Assembly: GCA_002346425.1 (NCBI GenBank)
Contig: DDZS01000063.1
Coordinates: forward strand, 1 to 54,142
Length of the DNA stretch: 54,142 nucleotides
Direction of reading: 5' to 3'
DNA from: Alphaproteobacteria bacterium UBA3002
GTDB lineage: Bacteria; Pseudomonadota; Alphaproteobacteria; Rickettsiales; UBA3002
The position numbers were made by a program, and so were the translations under genes. The notes under the pieces were generated by a model, which made no database searches, was not told the origin of the DNA, and saw nothing but the letters and a program-made list of their open reading frames with translations. This document shows positions 39,708 to 49,044 of this stretch, piece by piece (the stretch's first letter is position 1; every line of letters begins with the position of its first letter).

Positions 39708-39894
39708 ATTCTCGTTCCTTTTCAACGTATTAATATATACCAGTTACTTGTGCCATGCCAGATGTCTCCAGCTGGCATATATATCGGGCATCATTGGTCA
39801 CAATGCGTGGGATTGCAACTAGGAAACTTTGTGCATACCGGTCCGTTCACCGGTCTGGGCCAGCTGTTGCAAAAATACATCGACTCTGGAAGCC

Positions 39895-40872
39895 TTAGGG
39901 ATTGCCTTCCAGCGTCTTGCGATATTTGGCAATATTGCGGTTATGTTCGGCCAGCGTGCGCGCGAAATAATGCCCGCCGCTGCCGGTGGCGACGAAATAC
40001 AGGTCACGGGTGGCCAGCGGATTGAATGCGGCTTCAATCGCTGCTTTGCCAGGATGGCAAATCGGCGTGGCAGGCAGGCCGGAGCGCGAATAGGTATTCC
40101 ACGCATGGTCACGTTTCCAGTCAGAGCGGTAGAGCGGGCGGGTCATCGGCCCGCTATCGATTTCAATGCCGTAGACCACGGTTGGGTCGGATTGTAGCGG
40201 CATCCCTTGTTTCAGGCGGTTGAGGAAGACGCCCGCAATGTGATCGCGCTCGCCATCAACGCCAGTTTCTTTTTCAATGACCGACGCCATGATCAGGGCC
40301 GCTTCCACACTGCTATAGGGTAGCGCGAGGTCGCGACCTTCCCAATACTGATCCAACAAGATTTGCTGGGCTTCGCGCATCCGGTTGACCACGCTTTGCC
40401 GGGTATCACCGCGATGGATTTGATAGGTCTCTGGTAGCAATGTCCCTTCGGGAATCTCTGGCAACTCGCCAGTTAAGCGCTCATCGGCGTTTAGAATTGC
40501 CGTGATTTCGCGACTTGTCAGGCCTTCCGGGATAGTGACCACATATTTCACCACCTCGCCGCGCGCCAATTTGCCGATGGCCTCGGCGGGGGACAACCCC
40601 CGAGTGAGTTCATATTCACCCGCTTGCAGCACATAATGCTCGCCGAACAGACGTTCACTGGCGAGCCAGGCTTTCATTAGAAACACGCTGGAAACGATCC
40701 CGGCATCTTCCATATCCTGTGCGATAGTTTCGGTTGAGGTGCCCGGCGGTATATTGAGCATGACCAGTTGCGATTCGTCACCCGTGGCAGAATGCGCCCA
40801 ATGCTGCAGATATAGGAAGCTGCCGAGAATCGTAATCAGGGCAATAGCCAGTAAAGCGAGGAGTAGGCGCAT
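39895..40872 (-). CDS. mltG: Endolytic murein transglycosylase
   Basis: LQAGEY, TIPEG, EGTLLPETY, ASVIEKET, LQSDPTVVYG, YFVATGSGGHYF. Confidence 0.95.
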   Translation of the reverse strand: MRLLLALLAIALITILGSFLYLQHWAHSATGDESQLVMLNIPPGTSTETIAQDMEDAGIVSSVFLMKAWLASERLFGEHYVLQAGEYELTRGLSPAEAIGKLARGEVVKYVVTIPEGLTSREITAILNADERLTGELPEIPEGTLLPETYQIHRGDTRQSVVNRMREAQQILLDQYWEGRDLALPYSSVEAALIMASVIEKETGVDGERDHIAGVFLNRLKQGMPLQSDPTVVYGIEIDSGPMTRPLYRSDWKRDHAWNTYSRSGLPATPICHPGKAAIEAAFNPLATRDLYFVATGSGGHYFARTLAEHNRNIAKYRKTLEGNP

Positions 40873-40925
40873 GATTATTGTATCCCGAGGATGGCGAAAG
40901 GGGATACCGATCGACCCATAATGAG

Positions 40926-42182
40926 TTACGCTGCTTTAAAGACCAGCGATGCGTTGGTGCCGCCGAAACCGAAACTATTGGAGAGCACGGCTTTAACCTG
41001 CTTCTCTTTGGCTTTCAGTGGTACCAGATCCATATCCTTGCAACTCTCCGACGGATTTTCCAGATTCAGCGTCGGCGGCAAAATACCGTGATGCATGGCA
41101 AGAAGGGAGAAAATAGCTTCCACACTGCCCGCACCGCCCAATAAATGGCCGATCGAGGATTTGGTCGACGACATGCTGACCGTAGACGAAGCCGAACCCA
41201 GCAGGCGTTTCACCGCACCCAGTTCAATTTCATCGCCCTTCGGCGTCGATGTGCCATGGGCGTTAATGTAATCAATATCCGACGCATTCAGCCCGGCATG
41301 TTTTAATGCTGAACTCATTGAACGGAAACCCCCATCGCCATTCTCGGCCGGGGCCGTGATATGGTAGGCATCGCCCGATAAGCCATAGCCGGCAAATTCG
41401 CCATAAATGGTCGCACCGCGCGCTTTGGCATGTTCGTATTCTTCAAGCACCACAATTCCGGCACCTTCGCCCATCACAAAGCCGTCACGACCTTCGTCCC
41501 ACGGTCGGGAGGCTGCGGTAGGATTATCATTATAATCCGTCGATAAGGCACGGGCGGCGGCAAAACCGGCGATACCCAATTTGCAGATGGTCGCTTCGGC
41601 AGAGCCCGCGATCATCACATCGGCATCACCGAATTGAATCAATCGCGCCGCATCGCCAATGGCATGCGCGCCCGTTGAACACGCCGTGACGACGGCATGA
41701 TTCGGTCCCTTGAAACCGTGACGAATCGATACCTGACCGGAGGCCAGATTGATCAGACAGGCAGGAATGAAAAACGGGCTAAGGCGACGCGGGCCTTTTT
41801 CCTGCATCTCAAGCGCGGAACGCTCGATCAGAGGGAGGCCGCCGATACCAGAGCCAATCATGACCCCGGTGCGGTGTTGGTCTTCTTCCGATTCGGCTTT
41901 CCATCCCGCTTTGGCAATGGCTTCATCGGCTGCAGCAATCGCAAACTGGATAAACGTATCCATTTTGCGTTGTTCTTTCACATCCAGATAGTCGGAGGGA
42001 TTAAACGCATGCTCGCCATCGCGCGGGACAGACGCCGCTACCTTACACGGCAGGTCGGACGCATCGAAATGTTCGATATTTGAAATACCGGATTCACCGG
42101 CAATCAGTTTCTTCCACGACGCATCCGCACCATTAGCTAATGGCGTGACGGCACCGTAACCGGTGACAACAACACGTTTCAT
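40926..42182 (-). CDS. fabF: 3-oxoacyl-ACP synthase II
   Basis: RVVVTG, VTACSTG, YINAHGTST, KSSIGHLLG, SNSFGFGGTN. Confidence 0.98.
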   Translation of the reverse strand: MKRVVVTGYGAVTPLANGADASWKKLIAGESGISNIEHFDASDLPCKVAASVPRDGEHAFNPSDYLDVKEQRKMDTFIQFAIAAADEAIAKAGWKAESEEDQHRTGVMIGSGIGGLPLIERSALEMQEKGPRRLSPFFIPACLINLASGQVSIRHGFKGPNHAVVTACSTGAHAIGDAARLIQFGDADVMIAGSAEATICKLGIAGFAAARALSTDYNDNPTAASRPWDEGRDGFVMGEGAGIVVLEEYEHAKARGATIYGEFAGYGLSGDAYHITAPAENGDGGFRSMSSALKHAGLNASDIDYINAHGTSTPKGDEIELGAVKRLLGSASSTVSMSSTKSSIGHLLGGAGSVEAIFSLLAMHHGILPPTLNLENPSESCKDMDLVPLKAKEKQVKAVLSNSFGFGGTNASLVFKAA

Positions 42183-42193
42183 ATCGGTGTCGA

Positions 42194-42427
42194 TTACTTA
42201 TTCTCTTCGATATACGAAATAGCATCACCCACGGTCTGGATTTTCTCCGCCGCTTCATCCGGGATTTGAATGCCGAATTCTTCTTCGAATGCCATCACCA
42301 ATTCTACGGTGTCCAGGCTATCAGCGCCCAGATCATCGATAAAATTAGCGGCAGGCACTACTTTATCTTCTTCAACGCCGAGGTTATCGGCAACGATTTT
42401 CTTTACGCGTTCTGCAACATCACTCAT
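42194..42427 (-). CDS. acpP: Acyl carrier protein
   Basis: [20 protein letters not shown]. Confidence 0.99.
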   Translation of the reverse strand: MSDVAERVKKIVADNLGVEEDKVVPAANFIDDLGADSLDTVELVMAFEEEFGIQIPDEAAEKIQTVGDAISYIEENK

Positions 42428-42514
42428 GTGTTTGTCCTCTTGTTATTTAATCCAACGTAATCGCGATTGGCTAGCATAGGCTAGATAGGTTGGCCAGCAA
42501 AAAACGCAAGCCTT

Positions 42515-43252
42515 CTACACCATCAAAAGCCCGCCATTGATATGAATCGTCTGACCGGTGATATAGCTTGCCTCCTCGCTGCAAAGAAAGACAGCGGAAG
42601 CGGCGATATCGGCGGGCAGGCCAAAACGTCCGGCAGGAATGTTATCGGTGATACGTTTTTGTTGGTCTTCATTCAGCGCATCTGTCATCGGTGTTTTGAT
42701 AAATCCCGGAGCGATACAGTTGACCGTAATACCACGACTGGCCACTTCTTGCGCAAGCGATTTGCTCATGCCGATCATTCCGGCTTTCGATGCGCAGTAA
42801 TTCATCTGACCCGGATTGCCCATTACGGCTACCACCGAGGCGATATTTAAAATGCGCCCCTGACGCTGTTTCATCATGCCACGCAATACAGCGCGGTTTA
42901 GACGGAAGGTGGCGGATAAGTTGATATCGATGACGTCCTGCCATTCCTCGTCTTTCATGCGCATAGCGAGATTATCTTTCGTCACCCCGGCATTGCAGAT
43001 CAGAATATCCAAGCCGCCAAGCGCTTCGGATGCTTTGCCCGGTAGCGCATCCACCGCCGCACTATCCGTTAAATCGCAGGGCACTATCTGCGTGCGATCG
43101 GACATTTCTGCGGCGACCGCTTGCAATTTTTCCGCACGTGTGCCGGAAATCGCGACATGAGCTCCGGCTGAGTCGAGCGCTTGGGCGATGGCGGAACCGA
43201 TGCCGCCTGAGGCGCCGGTGACCAGTGCTTTTTTATCTTTCAGTGCGAACAT
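42515..43252 (-). CDS. fabG: 3-oxoacyl-ACP reductase
   Basis: VTGASGGIG, CNAGVTKD, GQMNYCASKAG, VNCIAPGFI.T.MT; start moved to ATG 43252. Confidence 0.97.
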   Translation of the reverse strand: MFALKDKKALVTGASGGIGSAIAQALDSAGAHVAISGTRAEKLQAVAAEMSDRTQIVPCDLTDSAAVDALPGKASEALGGLDILICNAGVTKDNLAMRMKDEEWQDVIDINLSATFRLNRAVLRGMMKQRQGRILNIASVVAVMGNPGQMNYCASKAGMIGMSKSLAQEVASRGITVNCIAPGFIKTPMTDALNEDQQKRITDNIPAGRFGLPADIAASAVFLCSEEASYITGQTIHINGGLLMV

Positions 43253-43253
43253 A

Positions 43254-44198
43254 TCAGGCTGCTTTCTCGAAAAGTTTAATATCTTCCGGTTTGTTGACAT
43301 TGGTGACTGTCATCTCCGGCGCGATGCGTTTAATCAGGCCAGCGAGCACATTGCCATGCCCGATTTCAGTTGCCGTGGTCACGCCATTGGCCGCCATCCA
43401 CTCGACTGATTCGCGCCACCGTACACGGCCCGTCACCTGTTGAATCAATCCATCGCGCAATGCATCGGCCAGTTCAACCGGACCTGCAGTCACATTCGTG
43501 ATCACCGGGCATGCAGCATCATGCAGCGATGTGTCGTGCAATGCTTCAGCCATGCGTTCAGCGGCGGGCTTCATAAGAGAACAATGGAATGGCGCGCTGA
43601 CAGTAAGCGGCACGGCGCGTTTCGCCCCAGCAGCTTTCATCGCTTCCATCGCTTGCTCAATAGCTATGGCGTGCCCACTGATGACGATTTGCTGACTGTT
43701 ATTGTCATTCGCCACTTCGCAGACCTGATTGCTTGTATGGATCTCCTGACAGATTTTCTCCACCTGCTCGATACTGAGCCCGATGATTGCAGCCATCGCG
43801 CCTAATCCGGCGGGTACGGCTTGCTGCATCGCATCCCCACGAATGCGCAATAAACCTGCGGCCTGCGCAAGGGTGAGCGATTCAGCGGCGACCAGTGCCG
43901 CATATTCGCCCAATGAGTGTCCTGCAACGAAGGTATTATCAGTTACTGTTACACCTGCCTCGCTTTGCAGCACGCGCCACGCGGCAATCGAGCAGGCCAT
44001 AATAGCAGGTTGCGTATTCGCGGTCAGATTGAGATCGCTTTCCGGACCTTCAAACATCACTTTGGAGAGATGTTGATTCAAAGTATCGTCGACTTCAGCG
44101 AAGACTTGTTTAGCAATGGCGAAATTTTCCGCCAGTGCTTTACCCATGCCGGGGCTTTGTGAGCCTTGGCCGGGAAATAAAAATGCATGTTTGGTCAT
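43254..44198 (-). CDS. fabD: Malonyl-CoA-ACP transacylase
   Basis: FPGQGSQ, TQPAI, GHSLGEY, VSAPFHC; start moved to ATG 44198. Confidence 0.97.
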   Translation of the reverse strand: MTKHAFLFPGQGSQSPGMGKALAENFAIAKQVFAEVDDTLNQHLSKVMFEGPESDLNLTANTQPAIMACSIAAWRVLQSEAGVTVTDNTFVAGHSLGEYAALVAAESLTLAQAAGLLRIRGDAMQQAVPAGLGAMAAIIGLSIEQVEKICQEIHTSNQVCEVANDNNSQQIVISGHAIAIEQAMEAMKAAGAKRAVPLTVSAPFHCSLMKPAAERMAEALHDTSLHDAACPVITNVTAGPVELADALRDGLIQQVTGRVRWRESVEWMAANGVTTATEIGHGNVLAGLIKRIAPEMTVTNVNKPEDIKLFEKAA

Positions 44199-44206
44199 GG
44201 ACGCAA

Positions 44207-44234
44207 GCATTAGCACGCAAGCGGGTAGGGTCAA
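44207..44234 (-). promoter_or_regulatory. Putative sigma70 promoter of the fabD operon
   Basis: TTGACC-N16-TAATGC, 8 nt before the ATG. Confidence 0.5.
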
Positions 44235-44254
44235 GCGAGGAATAGGATAGTGTC

Positions 44255-44284
44255 AAAAAGGGGCGGCGATGCAGTGATCGCCGC
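44255..44284 (-). terminator. Putative terminator downstream of the XRE-S24 gene
   Basis: 8-bp stem GCGGCGAT/ATCGCCGC, then CCC-TTTTT on - strand. Confidence 0.5.
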
Positions 44285-44308
44285 GATCAACAGTAAGACA
44301 AGAGTAAT

Positions 44309-44941
44309 TCAACAATCCAGCCGCCGCGCATGCCACACAAGCTGTCCGCGAATCTCGCAAAGCTCCGGCGTGCTAATGCTGCTGTAATAAGCAGGGTTGT
44401 CGCAATGTATATGCACGTGATGGGTGCCCGGCTGCAGACGTCGCGCGCAGAGTCGCCCCGCCAGCGGCATTACATAAATACCCGGATATAGCACTTCGGT
44501 TATGGCGCGGTTAACCACGACCAAATCTCCCGGCTGCATGGTCGGCTGCATGGCGGTATCGCTAATGCGCCACCAAGCAAGGCTCGCTGCATCTTTGCCC
44601 CAATGCTTGCGCGCCCACCGTTCACTAAAATGGGCTTCTTCGAACCCGTGCTCTTTGTTGGTTTCAAGTGGCGGCAGACAAACGGGCCGATCATAATCGA
44701 AGGATTCCACGATATGCAAAGTCGGGCTATGCGTGCCCGCCTCTTCGATCAGCTGCGACAGGCTGATGCGTAAAGCCCGTGCTACGAGGGCAAGTTTTAC
44801 TACCGATGGATTGGTTGATTTGCCGCTTAAAATATCGTGTAGAAACGAAGGTAGGACCCCGGCGCGATTTGCACAAGTGGCAGGGCTCATCTGATGCCGG
44901 TCGAGCTGGTAGCGCAAATTATTCGCGATCACCTCATGCAT
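44309..44941 (-). CDS. XRE-type HTH + S24/LexA-like regulator with substituted catalytic dyad
   Basis: HTH SFLHDILSGKSTNPSVVKL; S24 fold AMQPT..PGDLVVVN, GIYV, DNPAY, IRGQLVW; start moved to ATG 44941. Confidence 0.8.
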   Translation of the reverse strand: MHEVIANNLRYQLDRHQMSPATCANRAGVLPSFLHDILSGKSTNPSVVKLALVARALRISLSQLIEEAGTHSPTLHIVESFDYDRPVCLPPLETNKEHGFEEAHFSERWARKHWGKDAASLAWWRISDTAMQPTMQPGDLVVVNRAITEVLYPGIYVMPLAGRLCARRLQPGTHHVHIHCDNPAYYSSISTPELCEIRGQLVWHARRLDC

Positions 44942-44963
44942 TGCAAACGCCGATGGCAGTGTT

Positions 44964-46400
44964 TTAAGCGGCGTGTTCAAGGTTATAATCCTGTAATTTG
45001 CGATACAGTGTCGAGCGGCCAATCCCTAACCGCTTGGCCACTTCAGTCATCTTGCCATTGTAATGTTCAATGGCGGCTCTAATCATTTCGGCTTCGACCT
45101 GATCGATTGGCTTGATATTACCATCCAGATTAAACAGGCTCAGACCGTTTGCTTCACCAGATTTGATTTCATCCTGAAATACGAGCGCTTCCTGACTTAA
45201 AAACGCGTGCGGGTTTAAATGTGGTGCGATATGCCAGGCGCGTAACGCTGCGCCGTCGCAATGCACCAACGCACGCGTAATAATACGCGCAAGCTCATTC
45301 ACATTGCCGGGCCACAAGTAATTCATCAGCAGCTGTTTTGCATCGGCTTTGAGCTGGCAAGGTGGGTGTTGATCGGCCACCACACTGCGACTGATGAAAA
45401 ATTCCGCGAGAGGAATAATATCGTCGCGACGCTGCACCAGCGGCTTCGTATGCAATAAAAACGCACTAAGTTTGAAATACAAATCTTCACGGAACCGATC
45501 TTGTTGCATGGCATGTTTGACGGAATTGCAGCTTGCCGCAATGAGACGAATACGCGATAGGGGATGCGAGTTGGCATGACTGACCATCTCATTCTCTTTT
45601 AAGCGCTCCATAAGCAATGCTTGCGCTTCTAGCGGCATGCATTCCACGTGAGACAGATAAAGCGTGCCGTGACCGTCTTGCCATAGTCTTTCCAAGCCAG
45701 AAGTATGATAAAGCCCGGGGATGGAGAGTTGGGTTAGATCCGGCTGCTTTGCAAATAGCTGACGGAATAATTCATCCGGCATACTCGCACAGTTTAAGAA
45801 AACAAATGGGCCATCCGCATTGCTAGAATGACTATGCATCACCCTACCAATTAATTCTTTACCGGTGCCTTGCTCACCCTCGATCAAAGCCGGAATGCGT
45901 GTGCTTGCAGCCTGACGCGCCGTTTGCAGCATCGAACGGAAATGTGCGTCTTGACCAATAATATCATCGAAACTTAAGCGGCCTTTTTGCAAACGCGTCA
46001 AACGCTCAACTTCTTCACGCAACAACGCCTGGCGCAACAGATTGTCGAAACTCAGGCGCAGTGTATGCGTGGATGCGGGCATCATAATGATGTCTGAAGC
46101 ACCGGCACGAACAGCAGAAGAAATCACATCCGATTTTCCCGGCGCGGTTAAGGCGGCAATCGGCAGATGCGCATCTATCCGTCGTAGCGTACGAATCACA
46201 TCGCAACCAGGCATGCCCACCATTGACATATTGATAAAGACAATATGCGGTTTCGGCATGCGCCGTAGCATGAAATGCTCAATCGCAGCTTCACCGCCTA
46301 ATGCGGTGACTACTTGATAATCTAATCGCTCGCGTATGAGTTGAACGGTATGTTCTAATTGCTGCGGACATTCTTCTATAACGAGAACTGTATATGCCAT
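44964..46400 (-). CDS. Degenerate NtrC-family (TacA-like) receiver-AAA+-Fis HTH regulator
   Basis: IEGEQGTGKE, FREDLY, WPGNV; C-terminus EMIRAAIEHYNGKMTEVAKRLGIGRSTLYRKL resembles alphaproteobacterial TacA. Confidence 0.8.
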   Translation of the reverse strand: MAYTVLVIEECPQQLEHTVQLIRERLDYQVVTALGGEAAIEHFMLRRMPKPHIVFINMSMVGMPGCDVIRTLRRIDAHLPIAALTAPGKSDVISSAVRAGASDIIMMPASTHTLRLSFDNLLRQALLREEVERLTRLQKGRLSFDDIIGQDAHFRSMLQTARQAASTRIPALIEGEQGTGKELIGRVMHSHSSNADGPFVFLNCASMPDELFRQLFAKQPDLTQLSIPGLYHTSGLERLWQDGHGTLYLSHVECMPLEAQALLMERLKENEMVSHANSHPLSRIRLIAASCNSVKHAMQQDRFREDLYFKLSAFLLHTKPLVQRRDDIIPLAEFFISRSVVADQHPPCQLKADAKQLLMNYLWPGNVNELARIITRALVHCDGAALRAWHIAPHLNPHAFLSQEALVFQDEIKSGEANGLSLFNLDGNIKPIDQVEAEMIRAAIEHYNGKMTEVAKRLGIGRSTLYRKLQDYNLEHAA

Positions 46401-46439
46401 GTTAACCTCCCCCTAACGCAACATGGTTGCAATACATAT

Positions 46440-46468
46440 TCGTTACAACCACACCGAGAGTGTGTCAA
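46440..46468 (-). promoter_or_regulatory. Putative sigma70 promoter of the TacA-like gene
   Basis: TTGACA-N17-TAACGA. Confidence 0.55.
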
Positions 46469-46524
46469 CCAATAGGCGAAAAAAAATGTAATATTATGAG
46501 GAAGGCAGCTCTATTTGTCTTATT

Positions 46525-47109
46525 TTAGAACAAATCATTTTCTATAAGTGCAACCATAAGTTGCAGTAACATAATATGGGTTTCTTGAATATGCGCCGTC
46601 ACCATACTAGGCACTGCGATGATTTCATCCGCAGTTTCAACCGCTTTACCTTTTTCACCGGTAAGTAGTAAACTCGGAATCTGGAGTTCACGCGCCGTCT
46701 GTAACGCCTGTATGATATTAGGACTTTTTCCGGACGTTGAAATGGTGATCAAAAGATCACCGGCGCGGGCATGTGCTTCAATCTGACGCGAGAAAATATA
46801 TTCGAAGCCATAATCATTTCCTACTGCGGTTAAAATGCCGGGGTCGGCAGTCAACGCGATAGCGGGTAATGCGCGGCGGTCATGCACAAAGCGGCCGACG
46901 AGTTCTCCGGCAAAATGCAATGCATCGCAAGCGCTCCCGCCATTGCCGCAAATCATGATTTTATTACCTTCGGACAACGCTTTAGAAGCGCGAGAGGCAA
47001 AGCGGATTAAGGTGTCGGTGGAGTGTTCAAAACATCCTGTGACAGCGCGGCGATGTTCTTCGAGCGCCTTAGTGATAATATCCTGCGCGTTAGCCACGTA
47101 ATGCCTCAA
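46525..47109 (-). CDS. gmhA: SIS-domain GmhA (sedoheptulose-7-phosphate isomerase) family protein
   Basis: [42 protein letters not shown]. Confidence 0.85.
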   Translation of the reverse strand: MRHYVANAQDIITKALEEHRRAVTGCFEHSTDTLIRFASRASKALSEGNKIMICGNGGSACDALHFAGELVGRFVHDRRALPAIALTADPGILTAVGNDYGFEYIFSRQIEAHARAGDLLITISTSGKSPNIIQALQTARELQIPSLLLTGEKGKAVETADEIIAVPSMVTAHIQETHIMLLQLMVALIENDLF

Positions 47110-47743
47110 TATTTTTCATATAGTTTGCCGGATTGCCGGTGAATACAGCCGAACCGGCGACAAGCACATCGGCCCCGGCGGCAATCACATCGGCCGCGTT
47201 ACTGGCTTTCACGCCACCATCGACTTGAAGCTCGATTGGACGGGGCGTCGCGCCGATTTTAGCCCGGATGTTACGGATTTTATCTAGCTGTGAGGGTATA
47301 AAGGCTTGGCCGCCAAATCCGGGATTAACGCTCATCACCAATATCAGGTCAACCGCGTCCATCACATAATCCAAGGCCGATTCATGGGTGGCGGGACATA
47401 GTGAAACGCCTGCCTTAATGCCGCAGGATTTGATCAGCTGCAGGCTACGGTGCAGATGCGGACCCGCTTCAGCATGAATGGTCAGAATATCCGCTCCGGC
47501 TTCGGCAAATTTGGGAATGAAATCATCCACGGGTGCAATCATCAGATGCACATCCAGCGGTTTGGTCGTATGCGGGCGGATTGCTTTTACCACGTCTGGC
47601 CCGATGGTGAGATTCGGCACAAAATGGCCATCCATCACATCCACATGGATATAATCCGCACCGGCCTGATCGATGGCGCGTACTTCTTCGCCCAGTTTGG
47701 CAAAGTCGGCCGACAGGATTGAGGGAGCAATTTTTACAGTCAT
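47090..47743 (-). CDS. rpe: Ribulose-phosphate 3-epimerase
   Basis: [43 protein letters not shown]. Confidence 0.98.
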   Translation of the reverse strand: MTVKIAPSILSADFAKLGEEVRAIDQAGADYIHVDVMDGHFVPNLTIGPDVVKAIRPHTTKPLDVHLMIAPVDDFIPKFAEAGADILTIHAEAGPHLHRSLQLIKSCGIKAGVSLCPATHESALDYVMDAVDLILVMSVNPGFGGQAFIPSQLDKIRNIRAKIGATPRPIELQVDGGVKASNAADVIAAGADVLVAGSAVFTGNPANYMKNIEALRG

Positions 47744-47773
47744 GGCCGCATCATATCAGAAAGCGTCTCGTTG

Positions 47774-49024
47774 TCACTGCTTCATCAAGCGGGCAATGTA
47801 AAATCCATCCATCCCACCGCGATCGGCGAGCATGGAGGGCAGGGTACGCACCGTTCCATTCGCGCTTACCCATTCCTCAGGCCACCCATAATCTTCTGCG
47901 CGCATTGGCTGAATGCGTAAGCCTTCCACCGTCTCGCACCACCATGCCATTTGCGCTTCGCCTTCTTCCGGCTCAATGGAGCAGGTGGCATAAACTACGG
48001 GCACACCGCGCGGCAACCAATGCCCAATCTGTTTAAGAATGGCGCGCTGCAAATGCACCATTTCTGAGACATCTTCCGCTGTTTTGAGATGCAGCAATTC
48101 TGGGTGACGACGGAGCGTTCCCGTTGCCGAGCAGGGCGCATCAATCAGGACGGCATCGGGTAGTTCAGCGGGGGTCCACGCGCGCGCATCCGCCTGAAGA
48201 CAGGTGATATCAAGCTGCGTGCGTTCCAGATTGGCCTGCATGCGTTTCAAACGTTTGGCGGAGGCGTCCACCGCCGTAACCTGCGCTCCAGCAGCGGCTA
48301 GCTGCATGCTTTTTCCGCCCGGTGCTGCCCCAATGTCGATGACGCGCTTGCCCTTAACATCTCCTAACGCCATCACCGGTAAACTGGCTGCGACGTCCTG
48401 AACCCACCAGTCGCCACTTTCATAGCCGGGAAGTTGCGTAAGTTCGCATTTCGGTAAACGCAATGTGTTGCCATACAGTATCTCAGCGCCCAAACGTTCG
48501 GCCCAGATAGCCGGGTCACGCTTGACGCAGATATCGATAGGTGGCTCCGCTACAAAGGTTTGCGCCAGGGCTTGGATGTCGTAATGCTGCCAACGCTCCT
48601 GCCATATGTTGGGAAGATTATGTGTCACCGGTAACGTTCGGTAATCAGCACTTTCGCGCTGTACACGGCGTAAAATAGCGTTCACCAATTTGCCCGGAAT
48701 CTCGACTTTTTGCGCAAGCGCCACGGTGGTATCGAGCGCGGCATGGTCGGGCACTTCACTTTCAATGAGTTGTACCAGCCCAAGCGCGCAGACCACACGC
48801 GTTGCCATAGGGGTTTCCGGCGTGACATAGTGGTCCAGTAAGGCCTGCACTTGCCCCCAACGGCGCAGACACAACAATACCAAACGCCGTGAAAAAGCGC
48901 GGTCCGCCGCTGCGGATGGCGCCTCATGGTTCAATGCCTGATCGAGCATCTGACGGTCGCGAAAAATCCGAATCAACGTATGATAGGCGGCTTCGCGCGC
49001 AATTAAGGGGTTGGTTTGCTGCAT
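47774..49024 (-). CDS. rsmB: RsmB/NOP family RNA m5C methyltransferase with NusB-like N-domain
   Basis: WWVQD, AAPGGK, DAPCSATGTLRRHPE, YATCS, DGFY; start moved to ATG 49024. Confidence 0.92.
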   Translation of the reverse strand: MQQTNPLIAREAAYHTLIRIFRDRQMLDQALNHEAPSAAADRAFSRRLVLLCLRRWGQVQALLDHYVTPETPMATRVVCALGLVQLIESEVPDHAALDTTVALAQKVEIPGKLVNAILRRVQRESADYRTLPVTHNLPNIWQERWQHYDIQALAQTFVAEPPIDICVKRDPAIWAERLGAEILYGNTLRLPKCELTQLPGYESGDWWVQDVAASLPVMALGDVKGKRVIDIGAAPGGKSMQLAAAGAQVTAVDASAKRLKRMQANLERTQLDITCLQADARAWTPAELPDAVLIDAPCSATGTLRRHPELLHLKTAEDVSEMVHLQRAILKQIGHWLPRGVPVVYATCSIEPEEGEAQMAWWCETVEGLRIQPMRAEDYGWPEEWVSANGTVRTLPSMLADRGGMDGFYIARLMKQ

Positions 49025-49044
49025 GTTCCGCCTTATATGCGACA

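Noticed and set aside
39829-39846. ACCGGT-N6-ACCGGT repeat upstream of the OmpA gene
   Set aside because: Too short to distinguish from chance; no second instance found
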